Below, one piece after another: positions 1 to 13,154 of a DNA stretch of 64,000 bases. The stretch comes from Octopus vulgaris (taxonomy: Eukaryota): NCBI GenBank assembly GCA_951406725.2, contig OX597827.1:76260001-76324000 (forward strand). Reading direction: 5' to 3'. The notes below the pieces were generated by a model, which had not been told where the DNA came from, did no database searches, and was given only the letters and a program-made list of their open reading frames with translations. Position 1 is the first letter of the stretch, and every line of letters begins with the position of its first letter. The translations under genes were made by a program, and so were the position numbers.

Positions 1-195
1 AAGCTAAGCAAAATTGCGACCATCCATACATACTGGCATGTCCTTTACGCCCGTGGCCCCATGCCCTCTCCCAGGTGAGAGGTCTTGTCTTGTAGATGTC
101 AGTGCTACGTAAGTGCACCCAGCACACTCTTTAAACTGATTGGCTTTAGGAAGGGCATCTGGCCATAGAAACCAAACCGAAATAGACAGAAGCAA
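1..195 (+). mobile_element. Fragment of SINE family C (GGAAGGGCATC core)
   Basis: tggctttaggaagggcatctggccatagaaac matches the ggcgttaggaagggcatccagctgtagaaac core of copies at 33790, 43690, 52795 and 62805. Confidence 0.6.
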
Positions 196-204
196 CATCT
201 ACTG

Positions 205-400
205 AACAGTATTATTACATGGAACTATGGCATTATTAAAAGAAAACATCAAACAATACAGGTTTAAGTTTATGGCAGAGAAAAGAAATGAAGTTGTACA
301 TCAACCATTACTATGGGAACCAGTAAGAGACAAAAGAAGAAGAGGCGGAGGTTGCTGAACATCTGTACAACAGTTGCTGGAGGATGGATACAAACCTTGT
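205..400 (+). mobile_element. Decayed non-LTR retrotransposon RT C-terminal fragment (RTE-like)
   Basis: Translates ...ENIKQYRFKFMAEKRNEVVHQPLLWEPVRDKRRRG.. then VQQLLED in another frame. Resembles the 'LLWEP..G.RRRGRP..TY..QL.ED' LINE C-terminus, with frameshift and stop. Confidence 0.5.
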
Positions 401-560
401 AAGAAATGTGGGTTGCAGGGGTGGTAAGGGACAGGGAAGTGTGAGGGAGACTGGTCAGTGGGATCCAAATGCATTCAACATGACACACACATACATATAT
501 ATATACATACAAACACACACACCTACTAGATTTTCAGGTAATCACATAGGGTCATATATA

Positions 561-966
561 CTCTTTTACTCTTTACTCTTTTACTTGTTTCAGTCATTTG
601 ACTGTGGCCATGCTGGAGCACCGCCTTTAATCGAGCAACTTGACCTCGGGACTTATTCTTTTGTAAGCCCAGTACTTATTCTATCGGTCTCTTTTGCCGA
701 ACCGCTAAGTAACGGGGACATAAACACACCAGCATCGGTTGTCAAGCAATGCTAGGGGGACAAACACAGACACGCATATATATATATATATATATATACA
801 TATATACGACGGGCTTCTTTCAGTTTCCATCTACCAAATCCACTCACAAGGCTTTGGTTGGCCCGAGGCTATAGTAGAAGACACTTGCCCAAGGTGCCAC
901 GCAGTGGGACTGAACCCGGAACCATGTGGTTGGTAAGCAAGCTACTTACCACACAGCCACTCCTGC
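561..966 (-). mobile_element. Full-length tRNA-derived SINE family A with internal (TA/CA)n and (GAGTAAAA)n tail
   Basis: Reverse complement of the copies at 34076 and 49551. Head has A-box TGGCTGTGTGG and B-box GGTTCAGTCCC, followed by accttgggcaagtg. Confidence 0.85.
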
Positions 967-1179
967 TATATCTGTAATATAATATGTGATAATTCTTTGG
1001 CTGGCATAATAAAACTCTGAGTTTCAGATGTCGGAGCAGAAACCAGCATCGGCACCTCTTCAGTTATTGAAGCAATTAAAACTTAATATTGAGGTCTCTT
1101 TCATTCTTTTGTTGTCTCATTACTATTAATATATATATATATATATAATGATATGTAATGAAGGAAATTGTTGTATACA

Positions 1180-1480
1180 GTGCTCAGGTTTAAAAGAAAA
1201 TGCCAACAGGTGTACTGCTGGTGGATTTCAGGAAGCATGGAAGTTTTGAAGGATGTTGTGTCTCGACAGCTAACAACTGATGTGGGTAGCTTATTTCATG
1301 CTTCAGCAACTCTGAGTGCGGAAAAATGTTTCTGGAGGTCATGGGGTGCTGTGTTGTTTTTTGATTTTAAAAGCATGTCCGCAAATGTTTGTCATGTGGA
1401 ATTCAAAAAAGGTGCCCATGGTTGTTGTTGGAACGATGGTGGATAGTCTTATGCGTGTCTACCAATTCAGTTACCAGACA
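1180..1480 (-). mobile_element. CR1-type LINE 3' fragment
   Basis: Minus strand reads ..LQKHFSALRVAEA*NKLPTSVVSCRDTTSFKTSM.., the CR1 ORF2 terminal 'F..RV...WN.LP..VV.....SFK' motif. Confidence 0.65.
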
Positions 1481-2149
1481 TCTAAGCTTCAATATATCCA
1501 TGCCACCCCACACACACTGGACTGTTAGGTAATCACACTATAGTCAAGATATATACACTGAACTGTTAGATACACACACACACACACATATATATACACA
1601 CTGGGCTGATAGAAATTAAACTGTGACCTAAGTATATATAGACAGGACTGTTAGATAATCCCACAGTATAATATCCTATAGTTTCAGTATGGCCCCCATC
1701 GCCATTTTGGTCCCAACTTAGAATAGAAACCATGCTAATGAGGTTGAGAAAAGCATGAACACTGCAACATCACACTGATACAAGAAGTCTACAGTAAGTA
1801 CTATGGAACACTCTGCTATTGTCTTGCTTTACAACTGATGGCAAGGATACAAACTGTCATGTCTTTAGTTTGTATCATTACTTCTAAGAAAAGAAAGTTG
1901 CTCCACTGATTGGCAGAGACTCACTCCCTGGTACAATAAAACTCTATAATTGGTTGAGACTCACTGATAAAGGCCAGTCACATAACAGCCCAGGGTTATT
2001 GTTGCTATTAGCTAAACCACTGTAGTGTAAGGGGAAACATGCAGTCCAAACTTGTTGTCATCAATGGGAAGCTTCCCTGGCAGTTCTTATTGCATCAGTA
2101 AGAGACAGACTTTTGACCACATGGAAGATGTCTGCTGCTGCCACTACCA

Positions 2150-2495
2150 CCACCATTTAACGCCTGTTTTCCAAACTGGATGACTTGACAGGAGCTGGTA
2201 AGGCCAGGGGCCACACTAGGTTCCATAGTTTTTCTTGGCTTGGTTTCTACAGCTGGATTCCCTTCCTAGTGCCAACCACTTTACAGAGTGAACTAGGTGC
2301 TTTTTACATGGCACAAAAAGCAGTGCTTAGAACATGGCACCAGCACCAGAGTTTTTCACATGGAACCATCTCCAATGCTTTTTACACAATAGCAGCACTC
2401 TTTACATGGCACCAGTACCAGTGCTTTTTATGTGGCACCAGCCCCATTGCTTTTTAAGCGACACTATCACCAGTGTTTTTTTATGTGGCACATTG
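2150..2495 (-). mobile_element. Degenerate SINE family C with decayed internal gtgctttttatgtggcac repeats
   Basis: tttctacagctggat core plus repeated gtgcttttt(a)tgtggcac units. Confidence 0.55.
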
Positions 2496-3857
2496 TAGAA
2501 GACAGGTCTTTTTGTTCAACAGGAATTGTTTCCAATGCAGACAACTGGATACAATTTCTGATCTCTAGCAAAGTGATATTAATGCTAAACTTTTTACAGA
2601 AAATGGTGCAAAAAATTCACGAGACATCAAATATAAATGCAACAACAGAGTAGGACATAAAACTTGCTGTGGCCCATCAAAGCTCAGTTCAGAGACGACT
2701 GCTGGTAGCTCACACGATCCACATGTACTATTCAAGTAAGGGACGCATGTGTGAATGTATGTGCATTTGCATATTTGTTTACTTTCACATTTCTCCTAAA
2801 ACTGTAAGCAACATGTGGTGATAGTCTGGTTATATTTTCCATCAACAAATTGTCCTTTAGCTTCATGTTTTCAAAGATATGTGAACTAAGAAATCCCTTA
2901 CTTAAAAATATGTGCATGACAGTGACAGGAAGAGCATCCAGCTGCAAAACAATACTTTAATATTATGTACTCATCTAACCCATGCCAGGATGGAAAAACA
3001 GACATAAAAACAAACAAATGTAATGAATGAACTCCCCATTACTACATTAAGATGGCTCTGACTTGACTGTTATTTTTCAAGTGGATGGAGTCCACGAGTA
3101 GTTTCTCTCAGTCATTAGACATATACAATTAACCACCTTCACTAACTGAAGACAATTGTGGAGTAAGTTTAGGTGGATGCTATTATTTAGGTCTGTCCTG
3201 GTCAAATGACATTCCAGCAGTGACCATCCAGTCAGTTTGCATATTTATAACTACATTGTCCAATGTGTACGTCCATTTCTTTAAGGAGATAGAGTAGGAC
3301 TTGAAAGAGAATTGGTTACTATTTCTAGCAGGTTGAGTGGCCACATAGAAGCTCTTTCACTGTCTCGTAGGTGTCATGAGTGATGATGCTTCGGTCAGCT
3401 TCGATCCATCAGACCTCGAATCAAAAGTATTCCAGCCGTCATCATCCCTGCTTTTTCCTAAATGCAGGGAACCAAGGCTCCCATTATCCAATGTATCCTT
3501 TTTCAAGACGGCAATTTTGAGTGAGTTGGGACTGCTATTTCTAGCAGATCGAGTGGTTGGGTTGAGGCTCCATCGTGGCATTAGCCGGTTCTTGTTTAGA
3601 CAGTTACAAGAGGTCAGTTGACTGGAAGAGGACGGACAAAGGCTGGTCAGTGGCGCGGTGAGAGAGTGGTTAGTGATAGGGGCGAAGGACAGGGCAGAGT
3701 GACAGAAGGGGACAGTTAATAGATGTCTCCTTATTACAGACTGTTTAAGAGTGGGGAAAGCAGGGGAACACCTGAATAAAATCATCATCATCGATACATG
3801 CAGCACACACACAGACGACATAGTTGTTTAATTGGTACACACACACACACATATAGC

Positions 3858-4058
3858 GGTACTGCTTGAGAACAGTGGTCCCGGTGCGCGCACTTGCGTA
3901 CTCGCGCATCCGCGCTAGCTAGTCGTGACTAGTCGTTCCTTACTCTGCGTTTTTGTGTTTTATTTACTTTGCTAGGTAGTCGTAGGATCGACTAGTCATG
4001 ACTAGCTAGCGCGACTACGCGAGTGCGCGCACCAGGACCACTGTTCTCAAGTAGTACC
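3858..4058. mobile_element. Palindromic CpG-rich MITE-like element
   Basis: ggtactgcttgagaacagtggtcccggtgcgcgcac at the left end and gtgcgcgcaccaggaccactgttctcaagtagtacc at the right form long terminal inverted repeats around a short T-rich core. Confidence 0.75.
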
Positions 4059-5144
4059 CATACAGCATTTACACGAGTATGCAGTTGACACAAAGAGATA
4101 CACATTAAGTATATACATATACATGCATACATATAAATAGACGCATGCACATTACACACACACACACACGCGCATGATGTGCGTGCATTTGTATTACCAG
4201 AGAGAACGGAAACTAAACTACACAGCCGTGTGTGTGAGAGAGAGAGATGAATGAATGGTTGGCAACTGAAAAGAAACATGCATCCACAGTGGCGGACTGG
4301 GTCTAAAAATATTGGTTGCCAAGAGACTAAAAGGGTCCCACCCGCAACTACAAATGCTATCGCTTAATTTTTTTTTTTTGGTTAAAAATATTCTTTTCAA
4401 CTGTCTACAAACATAGCCAGGCTAAAATAATGCATCCTTCCAGGAGTGAATAAAAAATTCCCAAACTTGAGGGGATGGGCCCCTTAGATACTAACATGGA
4501 CCCCCACCCGCCTCATATGTGGATTCTAATGGCGCAGGGGCCCACTTGCTATCATCGGCTAAGCTGGCAACCTAGCCAGTCCGCCACTGGCCATCCATCA
4601 TACAACTACATATTCACTGCAAGTGATACAAGAAGGCAGAAAAGATTAAGAAAACAACCATTCCAAAAGTTAAACAAACACTCTAAAAGTTAATCTGTAA
4701 ATATAGACATCAAGCCAGCGAGGGAGACCTATGTAGGGGGTCGGTCTTCCAAAATAGTAGCTAAATTTCCTTCGTATTAAAACCCTTACATCTTAAAGAG
4801 AAAATATACAAGAGAAATCGTTGGGGATGGTTATGGCTGGAACGCCAGGCGACTGGGGGTTTAACTGCAACATACGTGAACATCTTCAAAAATTATAGGT
4901 GGGACAACAAGGGTGTCACTACGTGGTGGCTCTATCTGCGAGAAATAGCAGGCAAATCTCTGAAATTACGCCGGGTCAACTTGGGAAAATAAAAAAAGGC
5001 GATAAACATACTGAGACTGTCAAAAGACTGGAGGGGCATGGCCTTTGATTAAGTGTTTTCTTATCAGAGTTGGGTTGGGACAACACAACAACAACCACCA
5101 GAAAACGAACATATACACATGCACAGAACCCAGCAAAGTAATCG

Positions 5145-5720
5145 TACTCCGAGTTCAGTGCCGCTGCGTGACACCTTGAGCAAGTATAGTAGAAGTATCT
5201 TCCACTATAGCCTTAGGCCGACCAGAACCTTGAGAGTGGATTTGGTGGACGGAAACTGAAAGAAGCCCGTCATGTGTGTGTATATATACATACAAAATGG
5301 GACAAGAACGCAAAACATCCGGACAGTTAGGTGATACAAAAAGGGACAACAAAACATCCAGATAGACGATACAAAAAACACGGATGGGTCATTCGAAGCC
5401 TTTAATCTTCAGTCAAGAACCGGATCATCCTCGCAATTTCGGCTGATTAATATATATATATATATATATATATTTATTCATTGATAGATTGACAGATATA
5501 TGTGTGTTTGTGTTTGTCTTTATGTCAGTGTTTGTCCCCCACCACAGCATGACAACCGGTGTTGGTGTGTTTACGTCCCCGTCTCCTAGCGGTTCGGCAA
5601 ATAGGATTAACAGAATAAGTACTGGGCTTTAGAGAGAAAAAAAAGTACTGGAACCGATTTGTCCGACGAAACATTCTTCGAGGCAGTGCCCCAGCCTAAT
5701 GAGTGAAACAAGGAAACGAT
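5145..5720 (+). mobile_element. SINE family A copy with an unrelated ~160 bp insert in its internal microsatellite
   Basis: Head gagttcagtgccgctgcgtgacaccttgagcaag, body gaaactgaaagaagcccgt, tail gagtgaaacaagg. Foreign segment at ~5293-5450. Confidence 0.7.
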
Positions 5721-6336
5721 AAACAAAACCATGTTCAGATTTTATCCAAAGTTTAATTGGTCGGGTGGGAAGGACCGGGACGGGGCTGCGTCAACGAACT
5801 CCAGAGGCCCCAGCCCCGACCTCCACATAAAGGTGAGAGATATTTACACTCACTGATCTACACACCGAGAAAACTTATTTGCAAGCATTCAACATTGTGT
5901 CTACAGACATACAGACATTACATATGTGGAGTGTGGAGGGAAATGGTCGTTGAATTTGCAAAAGAGGTGGGAAAATGCGATTTGGATTGTTCAAAGCTGA
6001 GGATTGAAACCGGATCGCAGGATATGGGTAGATGAAAACCGACTGTCAAGGTGTATTAAATGAATACACACATTGCTATAGCTATTCATAACACACACAC
6101 ACACACAGAAATATATACGTAGACACATACACAAAGCCCAAGCAGAAAACGAAATGTCAATTCATTAGCATTTGTGGTGGACTGAAAGAAGAAGAAAAAA
6201 GACAAAGAGATGGCGGCGATGGTGGCTACTTTCATAAACGAGAATAGCGATTAAGGCGGGGGAGGGGGGAGGAGGACACGAAGGAGAGCAAACTGTTCCT
6301 CCCACTTCCTCTACTTCAGGCCAGTAACGGTGATGA

Positions 6337-6369
<33 letters not shown>

Positions 6370-7529
6370 AGGTTGATGATATATCGCCGCTAATGGACTG
6401 ACGGCCATTCCGTTTCTAGCTTTCGTCTCTTTCTCTCTCTCCCCCTCCCACTCTCTGAATGTATGCGCGTGCGTGCGAGCGTGTGTGTATGTGTGTGCGA
6501 GCGTGTGTGTGCGTGCGTGTGTCCTACCTTCCGCTCTGTCTCTTTCATTCATACATATATATGTATATGTATTTAAACTGAATTTGTATGTGTTTATTAA
6601 ATTGTGAATACAGATCTACACGAATGCGTTCTGTATGCGTAGATGTATATGTTTGTAGTTTTTAGACAAACACCATTGTATTTTAAAAAAAAACGACGAA
6701 CGGACTTTTCAAAGAATTCAGTAAATGGCGAGAGAGAGCAGAGCAGTGGGTGGATGTGTTTGAACTGACGCAAAGTGCAGCGGGTGTATGTATGGGTGGA
6801 CGTATGAATGGATGGAGGGACTTAAATATAGCAGACAGTAAGAAAGAGCATTTAATTATGATAATGATGATAGTGGTGGTAATTGGACCTGTCGTCGGAC
6901 CGGTGTCAAACAATGTAGACAGCTTCATATATATACATATATATATATATACATACATATATATGCGTACACACCCATATATATGGATGTATTCGTTATC
7001 AGCTACAGACTCAGTTGTTTGTTTATTTTTTTTTTACCCCCGCGCCAACCGCTTCATCACACTTTACACATGAACTTTTAACTAATTTCATATAAAGCTA
7101 GCAAATACAAACATACACAGAATATATATATATATATACACAGACACACACACATATATATGAAAACATTTTTGATAGACATAAGTACAAATGCTTACAC
7201 ACACACACGCACACACGCACACACACATACACACAAGCATACACGCACATATGTTAATTTATTATTGATTTCAATTAACTTATATGCATGTTAGTTATAC
7301 ATAAATACATGTCATTATATATACACACACATATATACATAGGCATATGTCCAATTTTGTGTGAATGTATCTCTCTATAGCCATATGTACACGACGGTAC
7401 AATACACCCGCGATTCCCTTTCTGTAGTTGTTGTGTGTGGTTCTGTGTGTCTTGGTATAGTTAGGTGATGTGTCTGTGTGTAGGCGATCGAGAAATGTGT
7501 GTGTGTGTGTACGAATGGTCAGGGCACTT

Positions 7530-7810
7530 ACCCTTTCGGATGAATGTCTCTGTGTACTTACAGCAAGCCGTCCCCCCAGTCGACTGTAAATGCTCAGGGT
7601 GGAGAGCAGGCCTTTGGTTTTGACACTTTCTGTTCCCGGCTGTACTTTCTCGCTAGCTCACAACTCCGACATGGGGGTGGATAGGCCGCCGACAACGACT
7701 CTGTCTGGTCTACAAGTGACAAAATGTCTCGAAAATAAGACTGAACAGTTATGGAAAGCAAAGAGAGCCATCATCGAGTCAGGGGAGTTAACTGTGGCAA
7801 GACGTAAGAA
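7530..7810. promoter_or_regulatory. CpG-rich unique segment with divergent splice-donor motifs (possible first exon or exons)
   Basis: Minus-strand donors AAGG|GTAAGT (~7530) and GCT|GTAAGT (~7561), plus-strand AC|GTAAGA (~7803). Non-repetitive, CpG-retaining sequence. No transcript evidence. Confidence 0.3.
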
Positions 7811-8450
7811 GTTCCGGCCGGATTTTCTGTTTTGGATCACAGAACAGTCCAAAATGTCTCATTTGGGAAATATTATCCATGAATTTGATATTCGTATTTC
7901 TTGTAAAGTCTTTTAATATGGGTTTCTTGTTTTTTAAATCATTGTTTTCAAATTTCAAACGAAAGAAAAATATTTGCCAAGGGAGATAATTGTCATGACA
8001 GACGAGTTGAGTGGAAATATGTATGTGTACGTATTTATGTATGTGTGTGTGTGTCTGTTCATAGATTGAAATATTCATAGAATAATATAAACATCGAGAA
8101 TTCCATAGTATAAGTATTACAGTAAGGCGGTCACAAATGTTGTCTAGGAGGATATATCTCTCACGAGGTCTTTACTCTTGGATAATCCTGTTTTTTTTGT
8201 GTGTTTTTTTCTTCATTTTTTCACATCCTCAGCAGATGATGTCCAACTATTTCTGTCCCAAAACCACAGAGAAGAGCAAAGTTCCAGTCAATCCTAATGG
8301 GACACGTACATCGGTCAATACGGTTTCAAATATTGTTCCATGTAAAAGTCGAACATTTTTGTTTTTATTCGAGGAGACTGGTGGTGGTCAGTTTAAACAA
8401 AAATCAGGTCAACAAAGTTTTGTAAGACATTACGAATGTCAGTATGCCGA

Positions 8451-8875
8451 AGGCGGCGAGCTGGCAGAAACGTTAGCACGCCGGGCGAAATACTTAGCGG
8501 TATTTCGTCTACCGTTACGTTCTGAGTTCAAATTCCGCCAAGGTCGACTTTGCCTTTCATCCTTTTGGGGTCGATTAAATAAGTACCAGTTACGCACTGG
8601 GGCCGATGTAATCGACTTAATACCTATGTCTGTCCTTGTTTGTCCCCTCTGTGTTTAGCCCCTTGTGGATAATAAAGAAATAGGTATTTCGTCCACCGTT
8701 ACGTTCTGAGTTCAAATTCCGCCAAGGTCGACTTTGCCTTTCATCCTTTTGGGGGTCGATAAATTAAGTACCAGTTACGCACTGTAACTGGGCTCTTTAT
8801 ATGGGTCGATGTAATCGACTTTATCCGTTTGTCTGTCCTCTCTATATTTAGCCCCTTGTGGGTAATAAAGAAACA
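8451..8875 (+). mobile_element. SINE family B, one head plus two tandem body/tail units, with TSD
   Basis: Head ggcggcgagctggcagaa..gagttcaaattcc, core gtcgactttgcctttcatcc..gataaattaagtaccag. Direct repeat gaatgtcagtatgccgaagg at 8434-8453 and 8876-8895. Confidence 0.9.
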
Positions 8876-10765
8876 GAATGTCAGTATGCCGAAGGATGAA
8901 CTCTTCTTCAGAGAACGGGACAGTTTCATTCAGACTTCGACGATATTCTACGTCGCGACATTTGCAGATTTCAACATTTGATGCTTTCAGACGTCAAGAA
9001 AAAGCCGGGGTCCCAATCTAGTTCATTGTCCAGCCTTCGTCAAGAATTAATTAAATATTTTTATTCTGTTGATGCGTTCTTGAGCTTTATTTAAGATTTG
9101 TCATATAAGAGAAAAAGGAATGATTAGTATCGAACTCTGAAGCTCCATGATTGGCTTTAGTTTAACGGGATTGCATCCGCAGTGAGTTATATTATTAGTA
9201 ACAGAATATTTCACCGAAAAATTTGAATGAACTCATAACCAGGACCGGCGCTATGCACTTCGTAAATTAGACGGTCACCCGAGGCGCTAAAATCGGGGCG
9301 TCGCGAATAACTCAAAATCGCATCGTCTTATAAACACGTAAACTTAACAATAAAGAGAGCAACCGAGGTTATTCCCGGAGCAAAGAAGGATGGAGGACAT
9401 GACTATACAGGGATGCAGTCGAAAGAATCGTATGGTGTTATGTCCTGTCATCTGATCTGGCGTAAAATATTTCAAATTTGTCCCAGTAACAGATTTTCTG
9501 TGACATAACAAGGTCATAAAACTATAGGTTTCTTATTCGCAAGTTTACTAATTTTTCGAACGTACATTGTACAGTTGACCTGACTGCAAATTTTCGACTA
9601 CATTTTCTGGCTGTTATAATGAAAGGGATAAATGGGTATCGTAAGGTTTCTTATTCTATTGCTGGGATAAGGGGTTTGCCTAAAGCTGTATTAATCTGGG
9701 AATGTCTTAAGATTACTTATAAATATATATTGGTTGAACGTATCGACAAATGCTTTCTGCATATATTGTTGAGAAATGTTAAATCCATTTTCGAAATAGG
9801 TTATAAAAACCCAGTCTAGTCATTGTTTAGCCCAAGGTCAGCCATGATTGAGCAAACCTGTTATCAAAGGCATCCCAACCGTGACCAACAAGTCTTTCTA
9901 TTTATCTAGAACTACATTGTCCATTGTGCCTTTCATGTTTTAAGACAGAAGGGTGATATTTAAGGAAATATTGTTGCGATCATCAATAGATCGAATGACC
10001 ACGTAGAGAGGCTTTTCCAAGGAGGTGATGTCATTGGTCGACAACAGGTTAGCATGCAGTTTGACATGTCATTTTGTACAGTTTAAAAAAAATAGTAAAG
10101 TAGACCAGATTTGGATGCCTGCTTGCTGTGAATGTTTGTGCTGAAATAAACTACAATAATTGTACATATAATTCCTATATTTATATCATGTCTTCAGTAA
10201 AAAGACGAGGAGACAGCATATGGCTAGAATTGTAACAAGCCGTTAGAAACGTCATTTTTTGTTGTGCTGTGTGAGGCCTTGGATATATACTCGAAATTTG
10301 ATGAATAGAATGATCATGATAATCATGATGATGATGATCATCATCATTTAAAGTCCATTTTCTATGCTAGCATGGGTTGGACGGCTTGACAGGAGCTGAC
10401 AAGCGAGCGGGCGGGCTGCACCAAGCTCCCCTGTCTGCTTTGACAAGGCTTTCACGGACAGATGCCCTTCCTAAAGCCAAATGACTAAGGTAAACTACTC
10501 ACGGGCCCCTGCTGCGGGAAAAAGCTATTAGAAGAGTGGGCGTTAACATATTTAATGTAGCTTTTTTTTTTTTGTATTTTTAAATTATCAGAATGGTTAA
10601 TTCTGATCTAGAAAGGGAAGGGCGGTTACCCCAAGATTTTAATTCAAATTAATTAAAAGCAAAAAGTAGTAACGAGTGGCCTGGACTTTGACAGACTCTA
10701 TTATTATGAGAACATCAGCAGCAGAGCATAGTCTAACTGTCACTGCCAAATTTAAAATAGTGGGT

Positions 10766-11165
10766 ATATGTATGTATGTATGTACGTATGTATGTATGTA
10801 TGTATGTATGTATGTATGTATGTATGTATGTATGTATGTATGTATGTATGTATGTATGTATGTATGTATGTATGTATGTATGTATGTGTGTGTGTATGTA
10901 TGTATGTATGTATGTACGTATGTATGTATGTATGTATGTATGTATGTATGTATGTATGTATGTTTGTGTGTATGTATGTATGTAGGTAGGTATAGTTTAA
11001 TGGTCATAATCACAAATAATGGAAGTGACTCCAAGTTTCATATAATGGTGGTGGTGGTGATGATGATGATGATGATGGCGGTGGTGGTGGTGGTGGTGAT
11101 GATGATGATGATGGCGGTGGTGGTGGTGGTGGTGGTAGTGATGGTGATGATGATGACAACAACAG
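10766..11165. repeat. (TATG)n microsatellite followed by (GAT/GGT)n trinucleotide tract
   Basis: Directly visible tandem repeats. Confidence 0.95.
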
Positions 11166-11749
11166 TGATGGCTGTCTACACTTGACCAAGGAAGACAATC
11201 ATTGACCATTGTCCATGCAAATGCCAGAAGTGCTCATGCATGGGGTTATTGCACCGGCAGCCAGCTTCACCTGGGTTTGCATCCACAGATTCCATGCCCA
11301 CCACAGCATCCCCCAGCCCCACTAGGCATTGGATAGTAGCATGAGAGGTGATCACACAACCTCATATTCTGGGTCCACAAAAGCTTGCTCTGCACTTCAC
11401 GGTACCTCTCCATCCTACTAACATGATTCAGAGACAAGCTAGGACCAGATACCCGGTGCCAATACGGGTCACAGGATCAGGAATATGAGAGTGTCATGGT
11501 CTTAAGCACAAGTGAAAGAACCCCAAAATGGCCACTGCCATTCCCTGGGGAGGGATTAAGTCGATTACATCTACCCCAGTACTCAACTGTTATTTATTTT
11601 ATTGACCCTGAGAGAATGGAAGGCAAAGTCAACCTCGGGGGTATTTGAACTCAGAACTAAGTATTTTGTCCAATGTGCTAACTTTTCTGCTAGCTCACCA
11701 TCCTGTCAATAATAGTAATAATAATAATGATAATAATAATAATAATAAT

Positions 11750-12310
11750 AAATGCCCAGATGCAGTACCAGGCAGTGGCTCTCATGGCTTCTGATCTTAA
11801 CTGATTGGAAGTGTTATCATGTACATTGTTTTGTTTTGGTATAAAAGATGGGTTACAGCAAATATTCTGCTCAATACCACAGATTTGCTTGTCAGTTGTT
11901 TGACCTTAACCAGTTGAGCATGTCCCTTAGTGGCTGACGATGTGTGCATCTCTGATCACGAGCAGAAGTAATGGGGGAGCATCATAGCCATGTGTTGAGA
12001 GGGATTCTTTGGGGTTTGAATAATTCACCTTTAGGAACATGGGTGTTTCGTTCAGCATCCTTAAACAACCCTTATTCAGGGACCTTTTGAGCAGGATGGG
12101 TTACTCGACCAGAAGAAAATTCTAACTGGCCCCCACCTGCAAGGTCATGTGCTGTTTATCTTGATATGAGATCATCATGTCACGCACATATGGTTGTGAT
12201 GCATGTGCCTGGTGTACCCTTATCAGATGGGTAGTCATGATGGGTATACTGGGTTTCGTATATTTTACCCCAGTGTCATTTTGATGGCATGAACTGCTCT
12301 CTCACTCAAT
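11750..12310 (+). mobile_element. ~560 bp element embedded in (AAT)n, probably a non-LTR retrotransposon 3' end
   Basis: Complex sequence bounded on both sides by (AAT)n, ending ctctctcactc-aataataat. Confidence 0.45.
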
Positions 12311-12389
12311 AATAATAATAATGATAATAATAATAATAATGATAATAATAATAATAATAATAATAATGATAATAATAATAATGATAATC

Positions 12390-12557
12390 CTTTCTGCTGG
12401 AAGCACAGGGCCTCAAATTGGTACTTATTTAATTGACCCCTGAAAAGATGAACGGCAAAGTTGACCTCGACGGAATTTGAACTCAGAACGTAAAGATGAA
12501 TGAAATACTGTTGAGCATTTCGCCCAGCGTGCTAACGATTTTGCCAGCTCACTGTCC

Positions 12558-12560
<3 letters not shown>
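12390..12560 (-). mobile_element. SINE family B copy; others at ~11570-11705 and ~12965-13135
   Basis: ggcaaagttgacctcgacggaatttgaactcagaacg is the reverse complement of the family B head/core. Confidence 0.75.
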
Positions 12561-12623
<63 letters not shown>

Positions 12624-13154
12624 TATTAATGATAATGATGATGATGATGATGAGTGAGATAGAACTTGTGCACGTATTTCTTATTGGCAAAAATGACCTT
12701 CCCAAGATAGAACAACATCTGTTTCAGCACAGATTTTTCACATCAAAATTTTAGCAAAACAAGCACACAAATAAAATAATATACATACGCACATATGTTA
12801 TATTTGTATAGATACACTTATACATACACACACACACATACTCATACACATATGCACAGCCAAATATATGCAACACACACATACACACACAAGTGTACCT
12901 GTAAATTCATAGATTAAACAATGTCTTTTAACTTTATCTTACAATAAACATATTGGTTTCAAATTTTGGCACAAGGCCAGCAAGTTTTGAGTGGCGGGGG
13001 GTTAAATTGATTACGTTACCTCAATTTGTACCTATTTTATTGACCCTGAAAGGACAAAAGGCAAAGTTGACCTCGGTGGATTTTGAACTCAGGGCACCAT
13101 TTTACCTGGCTTGCTAATAATTCTGACAACTCAACAACTTAATTCCACGATATC

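Noticed and set aside
739-936. Recurring 'YDGLLSVSVYQIHSQGFG' ORF family (also 17362, 24618, 34109, 49536)
   Set aside because: Antisense translation of SINE family A, with inconsistent starts and microsatellite-dependent frames.
2569-2735. Possible plus-strand exon (QSDINAKLFTENG..)
   Set aside because: Weak acceptor, no recognisable homology and no partner exons.
5293-5450. Hammerhead in the insert within SINE A (minus strand ctgaaga and cagccgaaa)
   Set aside because: The core elements are in the wrong order and stems cannot be assigned. It may be a Penelope-like remnant but is unsupported.
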